A stretch of DNA of 64,000 nucleotides from Ostrea edulis (lineage: Eukaryota). The stretch is from positions 64,728,001 through 64,792,000 of the forward strand of contig NC_079169.1 in assembly GCF_947568905.1 (NCBI RefSeq), given 5' to 3'. A program made the position numbers and the translations under genes. The notes under the pieces were generated by a model. That model worked only from the letters and a program-made list of their open reading frames with translations, was not told the DNA's origin and searched no databases. Positions 1 to 13,444 of the stretch are shown piece after piece. Position 1 is the stretch's first letter, and each line of letters begins with the position of its first letter.

Positions 1-642
1 AATTTTAGTTTTTCTGGCCCAGTGGTTCTTGAGAAGAAGATTTTTCCTATATATTTGTATGTAAAACTTTGATCCCCTATTGTGGTCCCATCATACCCCC
101 AGGGGCCATGATTTGAACAAACTTGAATCTGCATTATGTCAGAAAGCTTTCATGTAAATCTCAGCTTTTCTGGCTCAGTGGTTCTTGAGAAAAAGATTTT
201 TAAAGAATTTTCCTATATATTTGCATGTAAAACTTTGATCCCCTATTGTGGCCCCATCCAACCCCCCGGGGCCATGATTTGAACAAACTTGAATCTGCAT
301 TATGTCAAGAAGCTTTCATGTAGATCTCAGCTTTTCTGGCTCAGTGGTTCTTGAGAAGAAGATTTTTAAAGATTTTTCCTATATATTTGTATGTAAAACT
401 TTGATCCCCTATTGTGGCCCCATCATATCCCCAAGGGCCAAGATTTGAACAAACTTGAATCTGAATTATGTCAGGAAGCTTTCATGTAAATTTCAGCTTT
501 TCTGGCCCAGTGGTTCTTGAGAAGAAGATTTTTAAATGACCCCACCCTATTTTTGCATTTTTGTGATTATCTCCCCTTTGAAAGGGACATGGCCATTCAT
601 TTGAACAAACTTGAAAGCCCTTCACCCAAGGATGCTTTGTGG

Positions 643-673
<31 letters not shown>

Positions 674-760
674 TGAGAAGAAGTCGAAAATGTGAAAAGT
701 TTACGACGACGTCGACGACAGAGAACGAAAAAATTTTGATCAGAATAGCTCACTTGAGCT
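1..760 (-). mobile_element. Helentron-associated non-autonomous element (HINE) with 166-bp Cg170-like satellite core, running off the window start
   Basis: Motif GATCCCCTATTGTGG recurs at 71, 237 and 403 (period 166). The end ...GATCAGAATAGCTCACTTGAGCT-A7 with (GAC)n matches the reverse complement of the 5' end of the copy at 60494. Confidence 0.8.
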
Positions 761-912
761 AAAAAAAGGTTCTTTGGCACTTCAGAAGTTGAATATTTTA
801 CAATGTTCATGACAGACAATGGACAATGACAGACAAGCACAAATAGCAATAGGTCACCTGATTGATACAGAAGCCTAAAAGTTTATAAACTAAAACAGAG
901 GGCTGCACATAC

Positions 913-3900
913 TGTGAGAACCGTAGAGTCCCCGTGACATATGCCTGCCAGTGAGCCATGTAGAAGAGGAAGATGGCCATGAAGAATTCAAACATCATCC
1001 AGTACAGGTTTCTGCCTAGCTCCAAGCCAACGGACACACCAAGTCCAACAACCACTGTCAACAAGAGAGAAAACAAGTGTATACGAGTAAACTAAAGAAC
1101 TAAAAATTCAAATGGATATACAAAAAAATCAATATATGCACCCAGGGGTGCATGAGCCGAGTTGCATGGGATACATTGTAAAGTCAGGAATGATGTGACA
1201 TATTTATAATTGTGAAGAACTAATTTCAGTTTTAAACTTTTCAAGTTACTGTCCAGAAACCATATTTGTCTGAAGTTTTCAATCTATTTTCGGTCACTGT
1301 AACCTTGACCTTTGTTCTCCAAAATCAATAGGGGTCTTCCTTACCTGGTACCCAACAATATATCAAAGTTTCATTTGATTAGATTGTAAACTTTTCGAGT
1401 TATCATCCAGAAACCAATTGTTGACGCCCAACCGCCCGCCCGCATCACCAAACCAATAGCCGAGTTCAACTTCGTTGCAACTCGGCTAAAAATATATATT
1501 TGGAAAATATTCAGGAAAAAGTTAAAACTGTACTCCTAATAGTTACAGAATCCATACTCTCCATCTTCATAACAACTACTCAGTCAATCAGTTCCTCTCT
1601 CTTTAGATCAACCACTTTTCCCTCTCTTTAGATCAACCACTCCCTCTCTCTCTAGATCAACCACTCTCTCTCTCTCTCTTTAGATCAACCACTCTGACCT
1701 CTCTTTAAATAAACCACCCCCTATCTCTTTAAATCAACCACACCATCTCTCTCTAGATCACCCAATCTCTCTTTAGATCAACCATTCCCTCTCTCTCTCT
1801 CTCAAGATCAACCACTCTCCTCTCTTTCCATCAACCACTCTGCCCTCTCTTTAGATCAACCACTACCTCTCTGTTTAGATCAACCACTGCCCCTCTCTTT
1901 ACTCAACCTCTCTCTATCTCTCTCTCTCTCAACCCATTCCTTCCCTGGAGTCTTCCTTTAGATCAAACACTCTCTTCCTCCTTAAATCAACCATTCCTTT
2001 CCCCCCTTAAATCAACCATCCCCTTCTCTTTAAATCAATCTCGCAAAACAATTGTATTTCCATCACAAAGGTCTACAGATTATTTTATATTTCCTTACAC
2101 TAGAATGACCCTCTGTCTATGGATAAAATTCAGCACATGATTGCTAGTCATACCGTATAAACAGAATTTTTATCGAATATTTAATTTTATTAGCGAGAGT
2201 GATGAGATCACTAAAATTGAATATCGATATCAGAGGTAATCTTTCCAAGAATTATAAAGTCGCTAAAATTTGCTCTCACTAAGTATATAAAACCCATTTT
2301 CATGGAAAAATCACTAAATTTGTGTCTCACTAAAAATTCCACTTATACAATATTTCCATTGACAATCATTAGCTATTAAATATAGATTGCAAAATGGCAG
2401 ACAGTCCAGACACTGCCTAAATTTATAAAGGATTCATAATAGGTCATAAATTGTTTGTTCAGGCATCGTCCTCAACAAAATAATAGTTATTAGGTTTGTT
2501 ACTGATCATCTATGAATATTTATTTTTCTTCAGACTAAAATGTTGAGTTGATCAAGCCCATAAATGATGAGGCTTTGCCTTGCTGTCTAAGCCTTGATCA
2601 ACCCAATATAATTCTGTACATGATCAGTAACAAAGCTAATAGTTAACAATATCAAATTTCACAGGAGTCTGAAGTTTTATTTTAATAGAAGGTGGTGGAT
2701 AAATTTTTCTGGATTGGATAATTTTTTTCTAGATTTTATTTCAATTTAATTGATAAAACTTCAGACTCTTATGATTAAAGTATTAAAGATATAAATACAC
2801 AAAAAATTCTGTAAAACATGCAGATTTTAAAATTGAAAACCACAACCCCTAATTTTATGGTAAACAGACAGTTAAGCACATGCACATAGATATCCACCAG
2901 AAATAATTATTGTCCTATAAAAACCAACCATGATGAAAGTTTGTTAAAAACTTTTATATGCTTGACATATTTCATGTTTTATAAGTTTACAGCAGCTGAA
3001 AAGCAGCATTATTCATAGATCAAAGGATCAATTTGTTAAAAATTGGAGAAATTTTCTCAACTTGAAAGGTATTTAATCACAATCTAGAAATTGTATGAAC
3101 TGCTATGCTGGCATGCTTTATGCACTTCACAAAGTCTGATAGTGTGAAGTGTCACAGGTCATAACCTCATATATTTTAAGGAAATTAGCTCCTGAGCTTT
3201 TGAGCAAAACTGTGCAGGATGCTACAACTAAGTAAATACTGGTTCAATACAGATTCCATTGATGCAATCATATTACACATCTATTACTAAACCCTATCCA
3301 GTTGAAAAAGAAGTATGTTCATTCAAATTTTGAAAGGGTTTTGAAGGGACTATATTTTATGGTGGAAGGATTCATTAATCAAAAAGTTCTAAATCTGCGT
3401 GATATTACAGTTTCTGTTTCATCTAATACACTGAGCAAAATAGACTGTGTCATTCATTAAAATATTTTTGTACATACCCAAATATATACGAGTACAATGC
3501 ATTCACAGTTGTTTAATTTGAACAAGAGTACGGGAAACAGTACATAGTACACCCGTCATAGGCTTATGTAAGGTGAAGATAACCAACAGTGATCAATCCC
3601 ATAACTCCTATATGCAATACAAAATAGAGAGTTGGGCAAACACGGACCCCTGGACACACCAGAGGTGAGAGCAGATGCCTATAGGAGGAGTAAGCATCCC
3701 CTGTTGACCGGTCACACCCGCCATGAGCCCTATATCCTGATCAGGTAAACGGAGTTATCCGTAATCAAAATCAATGTGCCAAGTACGGTCTAACAATCGG
3801 TATAAAACATGTCAGACAGCTGCTTATGTAAGATGTTTTTACTAAGGAGTTTGATTTCTATAATTCTGATAAACAAGCCATGAGTTCTAGAACTTTACTG

Positions 3901-6900
3901 AAGATAGTGTCAGCCGTCATCAAACTAAGACATACTTTGTTTTGCAATGTAAAAATATCATTCGTTTTGGTGTCATAATACAAATGATTAAGTAGTGGAT
4001 CTTAATTGACGATACATCTTGCACAACAAAAAGAAAAGATGGAAGAAAATAATAATTATATCAATAGGATTTTCCATAGAACAGTGGAGAGCCCTAATTA
4101 AGAATGAGGTTGTTTAACATGTATCAGACATGAATCTACATGAACAGTTATTTACTACAGTGTATATGTAAATGCTGAAACGTTAAATATCCTGATTCTA
4201 TACTCTATAAGGGTTATTGACCTTGTGTTGGTACAGTATAAATATCCTGATTCTATACTCTATAAGGGTTATTGAACTTGTACTGGTATATATCCTGTAC
4301 ACTCGGTACATTGGGTTCAATTTATCTGTTCAACCTCACGAAATTACTACCATTCACAGTTACTATAATAATGATCAGTTAATAAATCAATCTTTACATG
4401 TAAAAATTAATAATAAACTGAATGTAATAATAATGGGATAAGTACATCACACGACAAGAAAAATGGGGCAGGTAGAGCAGCAGCCTACCCCACCCACTCA
4501 TTGCTACGTGCCTAGAGATTAATGCATAAAACGTGATTATCATATCATATTCCATAGTGGTGGGTTGTTATAATTACATGAGAAAATCTGACAAACTGAG
4601 TAAATATTCACATACGGCAGAGGAAATAAGCAGTACTGTGATTTTTTTGTGTTGTCTTCCACAACCAAACATCACAAATTTAATGTAATAACTCATGTAT
4701 TTGGTTCTAGAGTATTCCCTTGTGATATTCTGAAAAATAATTTTCAATTCAGGCAGATATTTTTGTATCAGAAATGAATTGTCTTTAACCATCACTAATT
4801 CCTAACGTACAAAAGTTGCAAAAGTGATGCATACTTTTCGTAACTTCTTTAAGTTTCTCTGAAGAATTCCAGAATTCTATAGTTTGGACATCCCGTATTA
4901 AAACAAAAAATTGCACACTGCATGCTGAGCACCGATGGGATAAGCTTGTAAACAAAGATAATAACGAAACTGTTACAGAACCGTACACCCAGTAATATGT
5001 ACATATTACAGTAGTCAGGTATAAATGATGCAATTTATTTTCCACCACATGGATTGTTAGTATCAATTAAATATGACGGCTATTACGTAATTCACTAGGC
5101 ATCTATTCTTTGTATAAATATAGACATCAACTATATTGTGATTAAGACCAGCCTCCATCACCTCGCCAGGTCACTCGTTATAATACACACTGCTAAAGCA
5201 TTGTAATAGCTCAAAGTCTCTTACAACCTGTTACACAGCTTGACTGATAAATAACACTGGAGGGTATCCAGTTAAACCGGGATAGTGAATCAAACGAACT
5301 GTTATCAGAGGGAGAAGGTGGACTGAAATAGTACTCTGTAAACTGTCACAATATTTCCTGCATTGACTGTCAAGTATCGGATACAATACATTCTACTTGA
5401 TTATAGATAACAGATGACGCACTGCAACTGTACACCCTAAGAGGAAATATGACATTTGCATACATCATGTTAATTAAATCAAAGTTGTTATCGCTTTACA
5501 CTTATTTCTGTGCAAGCTACAACTTTCTAGCGGTCTGATATATGTATGCTAAAATACAGATTTATGTAAATGCAAATATGACAAAAGTGATCAGACAGGA
5601 AATCTCTATTGATTCCTAGCTTAGCTATCCTGGAAACCGAATGATCAGTGAGTCTCCCATTGTGGACAGAGGCTAATGACAGTTTATTACCCCTTAATGC
5701 ATGCAGTCAGTCATAAATGCTACTAAACAACCTGCAAATTTAAAGAATACTTTGGTCTTCCACTTCGGAACTTGCGGTGGAGGTGTTAGTACATTTTGAC
5801 TTTAATCAAATTGTATTGTGAAAGGAATGATTTGAGTTTGGTCTTTTTTGATAATGGTCATAGTGGTGTGGTGTGTGTGTAAAGGGGGTGGGGGTGGGGA
5901 TTAGTTCACCCTAGTATACCTCAACAGGTAATAATTGTCACAGGAAGTATAAATACTGTATCCTGCCTCATTTTTGCTGCAGTTTAATTTTCACTTTTTG
6001 CAACAGTATGCCAAAACTGTGAAATTAAAACTGGTCAATGATATTGAATGGAGATATGAGTTCGATAGTTATTAAAATCATACATGTACTTTATTCAGCT
6101 TCTACAACAAGCAAAGTTGTATCAACTCCTGGCCACCACACTGAAAGTCAGTGGAGTGGTTAAGTTCATTACAAACCTATAAAGTAAAGTAGTATTTGCA
6201 ATCATTGAAGGGTGTAACATACACACAGACAGACATACAAAGACAGAACAACCCCCTAGGCCTTACATTGCTTCCACACCAGAAGAAGATGTTGTGCCTC
6301 CTAATCTTATCATCATAAACCAGTATCAAATCTGAGAGAAACTAGGCACATCAATTCTATCACTGACCACTGTATCTACTAGTACATTGACCAGGAATGT
6401 GACCTTGGGAATATCACTGTACATACAAGATTGTTTGGAGAAAAGTATACACTTTACACAGCAAAATGGAACACCATTAATCTGATCGTGCTGATGTGAA
6501 AAATTAAGACCGTAATAATGTATATATTGATATTAGCATAGTACTGTACTTCAGTTTGAAAAGAACACAATATGAATACCGTATTATCACCGACTGTAAA
6601 TGTCTTACATTTGGTGTATTTTTCTAAAGCAACATTGGTGGAAGTGAGCTTTCGTTGAATCAAATCATACATCGATAAATGATTGCTGATATTTTAGTTG
6701 TATTACTGAGTATGAGAAAAAAGTTAATCAACCTTTAGTTAGTATATTGCACATGCAATCATAAAATGTTTACTGCGCATATTCTGCAATACTTCATTTC
6801 TGTGACTTTGACTTGTTAAGATTTATCAGACAAAAACTTAAAAATTGTTCATTTTCTTATCTTAATCACTTTGAACATACATGTACACAGGATTATTTCA

Positions 6901-9900
6901 TGAAAACCTTATCATATTGTAACCAAAAAATCGTATACATGATTATCCTAAATTATGTATAATGTACAATGATTGTCATTAACAGACTGAGATCTCTTTT
7001 AATTACCAGGTATTACTGTACAGTAAAGCCCAGTTATAGCAAACATGTTTATAATGAATTAATCCTTACAATGAAGTGATTTTTAATCCCCATGGTAAAA
7101 AAACTAATGAATAGCTTACAGGATATGATAAATTATGCTTATAACAATGCCAAACTGGTTGTCCTTCATGCTTCCTTATAACCATATTTTACTGTACCAG
7201 CGATATCCATTGCCTTATCATTTACCATTGAAGACCTCAATCACCCCCTATAAGTCTGTAAGGCAAGCCAAATAGCTTTAGCTAAATTTTCAAACACAAA
7301 GTACTTCTTTACCTGTTGAGATTGAGTCACACCCATGGTCAAACAGTTCTCCTAGAGGGGTGTTGGTTTTGGTTCGGCGGGCCTGCTTTCCGTCTATGGC
7401 ATCAAGGGACTGGTAGATAAACAGGCCCAAGGAACACAAGAGGTATACGAATCCAGGAGCCTGTCAAAAGTTTCATAGAAGTACATGCGAAATGTCAGTA
7501 TGTAATGATTAACATTCATTAATACAGTGATTAGAAATACCCATAATTCTTCTGTATGTAAACATCGCAGAATCAGTTCATAACTTATACTTACTTTAAA
7601 CCTGCGACTACCAGACACTTGTGGTTCTTAATAAGGAGACATTTACAGATCATTTTCTAATATTGAACCCCAATTAAAAACTTCACAACCACTCTCTGTA
7701 GCCCTGCGGCTCATGGTTTTTACTCTATGTATGGATAATTTTAGCAAAGTTTGGTATATCCATTCCATTAATTTTTGATAATAAAGATTCTCGATACACC
7801 TTACCCTAATTTCACTATTTCCCAATTATCTATGCTTAGAAGGAAGTAACAGTCCCCTCATTGTACAAACATGAATTTCCCTTCATGCTAGGTTACTTTA
7901 TGCCAAATTTGCTTAAAATTGGACTGGTGGTACCAGAGAAGTCTAGAATGTCAAAAGTATGTGATGTTGATGACAACAAAATGATGAACAATTTTAATTA
8001 GAGATAAGCTAAAATGGAGTTGTGATGTCAAACAACATTGTATTGCAATGAAACCAAAACTTTCCATATTAAAAGACTTAGACACTGCAATATTGATCTG
8101 GATAAAGTTTTCCTCATGATATGCGAATCCAGCACATTCTATTCCATCAGTACAAACAAATTAGCAAATCGAGGACATCAACAGAAAAAACAAACAAAGC
8201 ATGTGCACATGTACATAGAGAATAAAACAATTAACTTTCTGTCTGTATGTCACACAATTGAGCATGTTTATGGTACCTTTATAGTGTTTGAGCATTAAGT
8301 CAAACCTTGCAGAACTTTTCTGATCTTTGCAAAAATAAACAGCGTAATCCAGTTGCAATGGACACATGTTTGGTAAAGCAATATTCATCTTGTCATTAAA
8401 CATATCTAACTACTGATTTCTCTCAAATTCAGAATAACTATAATCTAAAACTTGACATATCATTTCAACACAAATTTCATTCTGTATCCAAGCATAGCCC
8501 TAAGATTTTAAAATAGACAATCATATATATATATATATATATTCACTACGTAAAGAGAGACTTGAGGTCCTTTACACTCTTTGTGTCACATAGTTTAAGT
8601 CTCTATATCCTGAAACTTGCATTTGAATTTATGAAGGATATCCTAATGGCTCCCTGCTCCTAGTACAATTTTTGTGTACGTTCTGATCTCTCTCTCTCTC
8701 TCTCTTTCACCAATTGCTCTAAAAATGGAACTTTTATTTGAGATAATCTACACCATATAACAGATTTTGCAGGGGGCGTCATCATCTAGTCTCACTAGGT
8801 GATGGCCATGCTTTGATAATGCTAACATTCTTGTCTCATAGAAAATATCAAACAGCTACTGTACATATTGGACACGAACATTTCTCGCCTTTATTAATAT
8901 ATATCAAAAAAATTTCACAGTGCTCTAATTATATCTTTTAATTAGATTTTGTGTAACAGTCTATAACCTAATAACAATATGGATTAATGAGTAATGTTAT
9001 TCTTTTATATATAATTGACCTAATCTAGCAATAAGGATGGAATAAATACATCACACAGGTAACATGGAGTTAATCTTACACATGTGTAAATCAGGTAGTT
9101 CTAATATATCTACACATGCATGCACACTGATCATTTGTGAAGTGAAAGTTTACTATTTGAATTACATGTATACAGTATAATACCCTTAAAAATATCCGTA
9201 AATAATATTCATAATACAATGTTGAATTGTAATACTAAAAAATAATATATACATGTATAATAATTAATGATCTACTTTTTTCTCTCTGAGAGTTTAAGCT
9301 CTTTATTTAGTCCCTTAAACCTTATCAGTTGATTTGTGTCAATGTGTGTCCTCAAAATATAGCCATCTAGGTCATGAAGTTCTACCCAGAACAACAAACT
9401 TTGGGTAGTGGACTAAGTCTATGATATGTCAAAATGTTGGTTCCCCCCAACCCCTTTTTCAAATATGTGGTGACCCTGAGATAGTAATGGAGCTGCCTTG
9501 CTTTTACTTTAAGAAAGAAATTTTGAAAGTTCTCCAACGTGATGTCCTTCTCACTCATTACTTAGCTGTTTCAGGCATAATACAAAAAGTCATGATCTTA
9601 TTAATTCACATATAGTGCTACAATTACAACATCAATGATGCTTATAATATTGACTTGATGAAAAAAAAAAATTAGCCTTGATGTAAAAAAAAAAAGAAGG
9701 CATTTTCTTTGATAAACAAAAGTTATGTGTCCCCTATGTGGGCCCATTCCAGCACTTGTACCAATAGGCCTCTATAGAGAGATCTACACAGAGAAGTTTC
9801 AATATGGCCCTGTACTTTGGACTATGTTTGGATGTTAAGCCTTATGATGTATTATTTAATGATATAACTCCATTGTTTTACCCTGATTTTCATAATGAGA

Positions 9901-10467
9901 TCTCGCATCTCCTTCATATATGCACTATAAAGCTGGTTATGAAGTATTTCAATTCAAGTATAGGAAATAAAGAACAGGCTAGGGGTCGATGACTATATAT
10001 CCTCATGTGACACTCCATCGTGTGTTTGTCTATGTTTATCGTGTTGACAACCCCATGTAATCATAACAGTGATGTACACGTACTAAGACGTTGGTAATAT
10101 GATATTCACAATCAATGTTTTGATTGTTTTCCTATCAAAAGTCATACACCTTTCAATGTGCTAAGCCTGTAATACTTTTGAGATTTGCCCTAAAATTGCC
10201 CGTTCGAAACACCGGAAATAAACATTTAATCGTAATATTTACCTCTCTTACACTGTCTGGAGAACATACAACTAATAGAAGAGTGGTCACTATGTTAATA
10301 ACAAGTCCGAGCAGTGTGATGCTATTTGGTGCCCATGTCACGGGAACTTGTTCAATCAGCCATCGCCAGTAAATTTGGAACCACGGCTCAATAAGCGACT
10401 GTCCCGTAGCACTGTACTTGTGCTCTTTTAAATTTTTTAACTGTGTTTGAGTAAGAACCTCTTTCAT
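913..10467 (-). CDS. CEPT1: Choline/ethanolamine phosphotransferase 1-like, 5' part; exons 10467-10243, 7460-7313, 1054-913; further exons lie left of the window
   Basis: Spliced translation [34 protein letters not shown]...APNSITLLG...|[49 protein letters not shown]|VVVG...[17 protein letters not shown]. It contains the CDP-alcohol phosphotransferase motif DGxxARxxxxxxxxGxxxDxxxD. GT-AG sites have compatible phases (0, 1). CEPT1 and CHPT1 cannot be separated by eye. Confidence 0.93.
1131..1490 (-). mobile_element. Short canonical HINE (non-autonomous Helentron) in CEPT1 intron 2
   Basis: Inverted subTIRs AGCCGAGTTGCA (1155-1166) and TGCAACTCGGCT (1476-1487), internal IR at 1457-1466, (CCGC)n microsatellite, terminal hairpin ATGCACC-CAGG-GGTGCAT (1136-1153), T/A-run flanks. 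Confidence 0.8.
1575..2040. repeat. Degenerate CT-rich minisatellite (CTCTCTTTAGATCAACCACT-like)
   Basis: Repeated AGATCAACCAC cores separated by variable (CT)n. Confidence 0.8.
3568..3820 (-). mobile_element. 3' fragment of a common molluscan retroelement, probably Penelope-like
   Basis: The reverse complement (GCTGTCTGACATGTTTTATACCGATTGTTAG...GGGGTCCGTGTTTGCCCAACTCTC...TTATCTTCACCTT) matches from memory the 3' end of abundant bivalve Penelope-like elements. Not verified by search. Confidence 0.5.
7021..7194. mobile_element. Tc1/pogo-type MITE
   Basis: Imperfect TIRs CAGTAAA....GTTATA / TATAAC....TTTACTG, flanked by TA at 7019-20 and 7195-96. Confidence 0.6.
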
Positions 10468-10589
10468 TATTTCACTGATATGTCCAGGAAATCTTATAGA
10501 ATCTGCACCTCTATGGTAGTACAATTTTACCCAATGTGTTGCACATTGTCAGTGTACTATGACCTCAGCCTTCCAAAACAAACATGACA

Positions 10590-10630
10590 ACATGGCGAGA
10601 AGTCATTGCACATGCGCAGCCGGAAATTCT
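10590..10630. promoter_or_regulatory. Putative CEPT1 housekeeping promoter
   Basis: Clustered YY1-like AACATGGCG, NRF1-like TGCACATGCGCA and ETS CCGGAA motifs about 130 bp upstream of the ATG. Motif match only. Confidence 0.45.
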
Positions 10631-11193
10631 GTGGGAGGGCAATATCAAAAGTTTTGATCGTATAATGGTCTATTGTTAAGGGGGGTGGGTGTATTTCTTT
10701 TATTTGGGGTGTGTGTGTGTCTTTTCCCCCCTTTCTTGTTTTGTTTTTGTTTGTTTGGTCTGGGTTTTTTTTTGGGGGGGGGGGGGAGTGAGGTTCAAAC
10801 CACACGGGGATATGAAATATAAATACACTTAATATTAATGTCACGGAAAACTGTTAATATTTCTGTAACCTTTTTATGAAGCCAATTAATAATAATAATA
10901 ATGGAATGAATAATACATGTCTCTGATGATGTAAAATTCCAAAAAAGAAAAAAAAGAAAAAGGCAGATAAGATTTAAAATCATAAAAAATTCAACTAAGA
11001 AGAATATATCTCAAACAAAAAGAGATACATCTCGAAGATAAACTGAGTTATCTTATATTCTGGTTGAATGCGCGCAAAATGCTCCACAAAGCGAAAAATG
11101 ACCAGCCAAAATCATCCATTTGAAGATTCATAGATCGGGGGATTTCGATACTATTCAAATGAACATTAATCTTTACACTATAAGTACTACTAA

Positions 11194-11551
11194 TTTTTGG
11201 GCCCAAACTCTGTGATACCATAAATATAAGCCCGTTTTGGACCCGAACTCTGTGATACCATAAATATAAGCCCGTTTTGGGCCCGAACTCTGTGATATCA
11301 TAAATATAAGCCCATTTTGGGCCCGAACTTTGTGATACCATAGATATAAGCCCGTTTTTGGGCCCGAACTCTGTGATATCATAAGTATATAAAGCCCGTT
11401 TTTGGGCCCGAACTCTGTGACCATAGATATAAGTCCGTTTTGGGCCCGAACTCTGTGATATCATAAATATAAGCCCGTTTTGGGCCCGAACTCTTGTGAT
11501 ACCATAAATATATATTTATGGTATCACAGAGTTCGGGCCCAAAACGGGCTT
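11194..11551. repeat. 40-bp minisatellite (about 8 copies) ending in one inverted copy
   Basis: Unit GCCCGTTTTGGGCCCGAACTCTGTGATACCATAAATATAA; 11512-11551 is the reverse complement of 11471-11511. Confidence 0.93.
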
Positions 11552-11604
11552 AGCCCATGTGACCTGATGGTCATGCATCGGATAAATCATTAGTCAAATG
11601 GAAA

Positions 11605-11678
11605 CATCGTCGCACGCCACGGCTGGAACGTACGTTCCCTTAGAGGAGCATACGTTTCAGCCGTGGCTTGCGACGGTG
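11605..11678. mobile_element. 74-bp fold-back MITE with 7-bp target-site duplication
   Basis: Arms CATCGTCGCACGCCACGGCTG... / ...CAGCCGTGGCTTGCGACGGTG; ATGGAAA directly flanks both ends (11598-11604, 11679-11685). Confidence 0.7.
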
Positions 11679-11725
11679 ATGGAAAGAGATACCTAAGATA
11701 TATATCTCTCTAGCATTTAGATATA

Positions 11726-13279
11726 TACTACTCAAAATTTGATAAGGATCATAGATATTTTTCTGTTTAAAAAATTAATAACTGCATAACTGGCAATATT
11801 ATGTCCAATTGAAATCAAAAACGTATTCAACAAACTTGCACGTGCATTTCATGCCATGGGAAATGCGTTTCTCATCACAGTTTATGCTTTTGCTACCATT
11901 GCACGATTTTCACTCCAAAATTTCTAAAATTTCAAACTCACTTGAGTGTTTACACTACATTTATCAACACAATGCCCCCTCAACGTGTAAGGCGTCGCCT
12001 GACGACAGAACAACTGGGCAGATGTATTGGAATGCTTGACGCTGGCTATTCACAACGTGACGTTGCAAATGCACTAAACGTCAGCCAGAGCGTTGTAAAC
12101 AGGGCCTGGAACCGACAGCAAACTTTTGGTACAGCAGCACACCGACATGGGGGTGGTCGTCAGAGGTCGACAACCCAACGCCAAGACCATTTTGTGGCTC
12201 TTCAGACACGACGCCATCCCTTCTGGACAGCAACCAGCCTACGTAACGACCTCCTGAACGCCTCGGGGGTGAATGTGTTCACTCAGACGATACGGAATCG
12301 GTTTCACAATGCAGGTCTCAACTCGAGAAGGGCATGTGTTCGAGTCCCTCTGACTGTTCGACACCAGCGGGAGCGATTGGACTGGGCTGAAGATCATGTC
12401 ACTTGGACATAGAACGATTGGGTTCAAGTTCTGTTCACCGATGAGTCCAGGTATTGTTTGGACTTTATAGACAGGAGGCATCGAGTGTGGCGACGACAAC
12501 GTGAACGTTTCCATGATGCCAACATCAGTGAACATGACCGTTATGGTGGTGGTTCCATCATGGTCTGGGGTGGAATCAGCAGGGATGGAATAACAGATCT
12601 TCATGTCCTGGAGAGAGGAACAATGACGGGGGTGCGGTACCGGGATGAGATCCTCGATGTTTACGTCAGACCCTACGCTGGTGCTGTTGGCCCTGCGTTC
12701 ATCCTGATGGATGATAACGCCCGTCCTCATCGCGCCAGGGTGGTGGAGCAGTACCTTCAGCAGGAGACAATTGTCCGTATGGACTGGCCAGCGCGCTCGT
12801 CGGACTTGAACCCGATTGAGCATGTATGGAACATGCTGCAGGTTGCCCTTTCACGCCGTAGAACACAACCCACGACTTTGGCAGAGCTCGGAAACGCCCT
12901 CGTGGAAGAGTGGAACAACCTTCCCATTGGAAACATATGGGTGCTTATTGACAGCATGGCTCAACGTTGTCAAGCCGTCATTGATGCCAGTGGAGGCCAT
13001 ACCCGGTATTGACACTTCATCGACTAAGTGTAATGAAGGACTATCCCCAAAAACTGTGTAATTCTTTCTCTGGTTTGCTGTTAACTTTTTGTAATGAAAT
13101 GCCTTTTGGTGTTGTTATCAGATTTCAAGCATTCCGTATTGATAAAAGTTCATGCCGTTCATGAATTTTCATTCATAATCTGAGTAAACACGTTTCTGAG
13201 TCAAATTTATGTCTTTTGCTATGTTAGTGGTAAATTACACACATATAACCTAGTGATCCTTATCAAATTTTGAGTAGTA
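11726..13279 (+). mobile_element. Full-length Tc1-family DNA transposon (DD34E)
   Basis: Perfect inverted termini TACTACTCAAAATTTGATAAGGATCA, TA flanks at 11724-25 and 13280-81, internal transposase. Confidence 0.95.
11972..13012 (+). pseudogene. Tc1 transposase (about 346 codons) with one in-frame TAG at 12410-12412
   Basis: Track ORFs 11942-12412 and 12458-13012 share a frame. N-terminal HTH region, then VLFTDESR, MDDNARPHRA and WPARSSDLNPIEHVW, with 34 residues between D and E. Confidence 0.93.
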
Positions 13280-13444
13280 TATATAATTATCTTAGAGATA
13301 TATCTCTTCAAACTAAATAAAGCTTTAAGATAAATTACTTTTTCGTTAAAGATATATATATCTCTAGCTTTAAGATAAATTACCTCTTCGTTAAAGATAT
13401 ATCTCATTAGTTTGAAGAGATATCTCTCTAAGATAATTATATAT
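13280..13444. repeat. AT-rich palindromic MITE-like element abutting the Tc1 right end
   Basis: About 38-bp arms TATATAATTATCTTAGAGATATATCTCTTCAAACTAAT / ATTAGTTTGAAGAGATATCTCTCTAAGATAATTATATA around an internal direct duplication. Confidence 0.65.

Noticed and set aside
11048-11464. Minus-strand ORFs of 138 and 83 aa
   Set aside because: Products of the 40-bp minisatellite.
12239-12823. 194-aa antisense ORF
   Set aside because: Shadow of the Tc1 transposase on the opposite strand.
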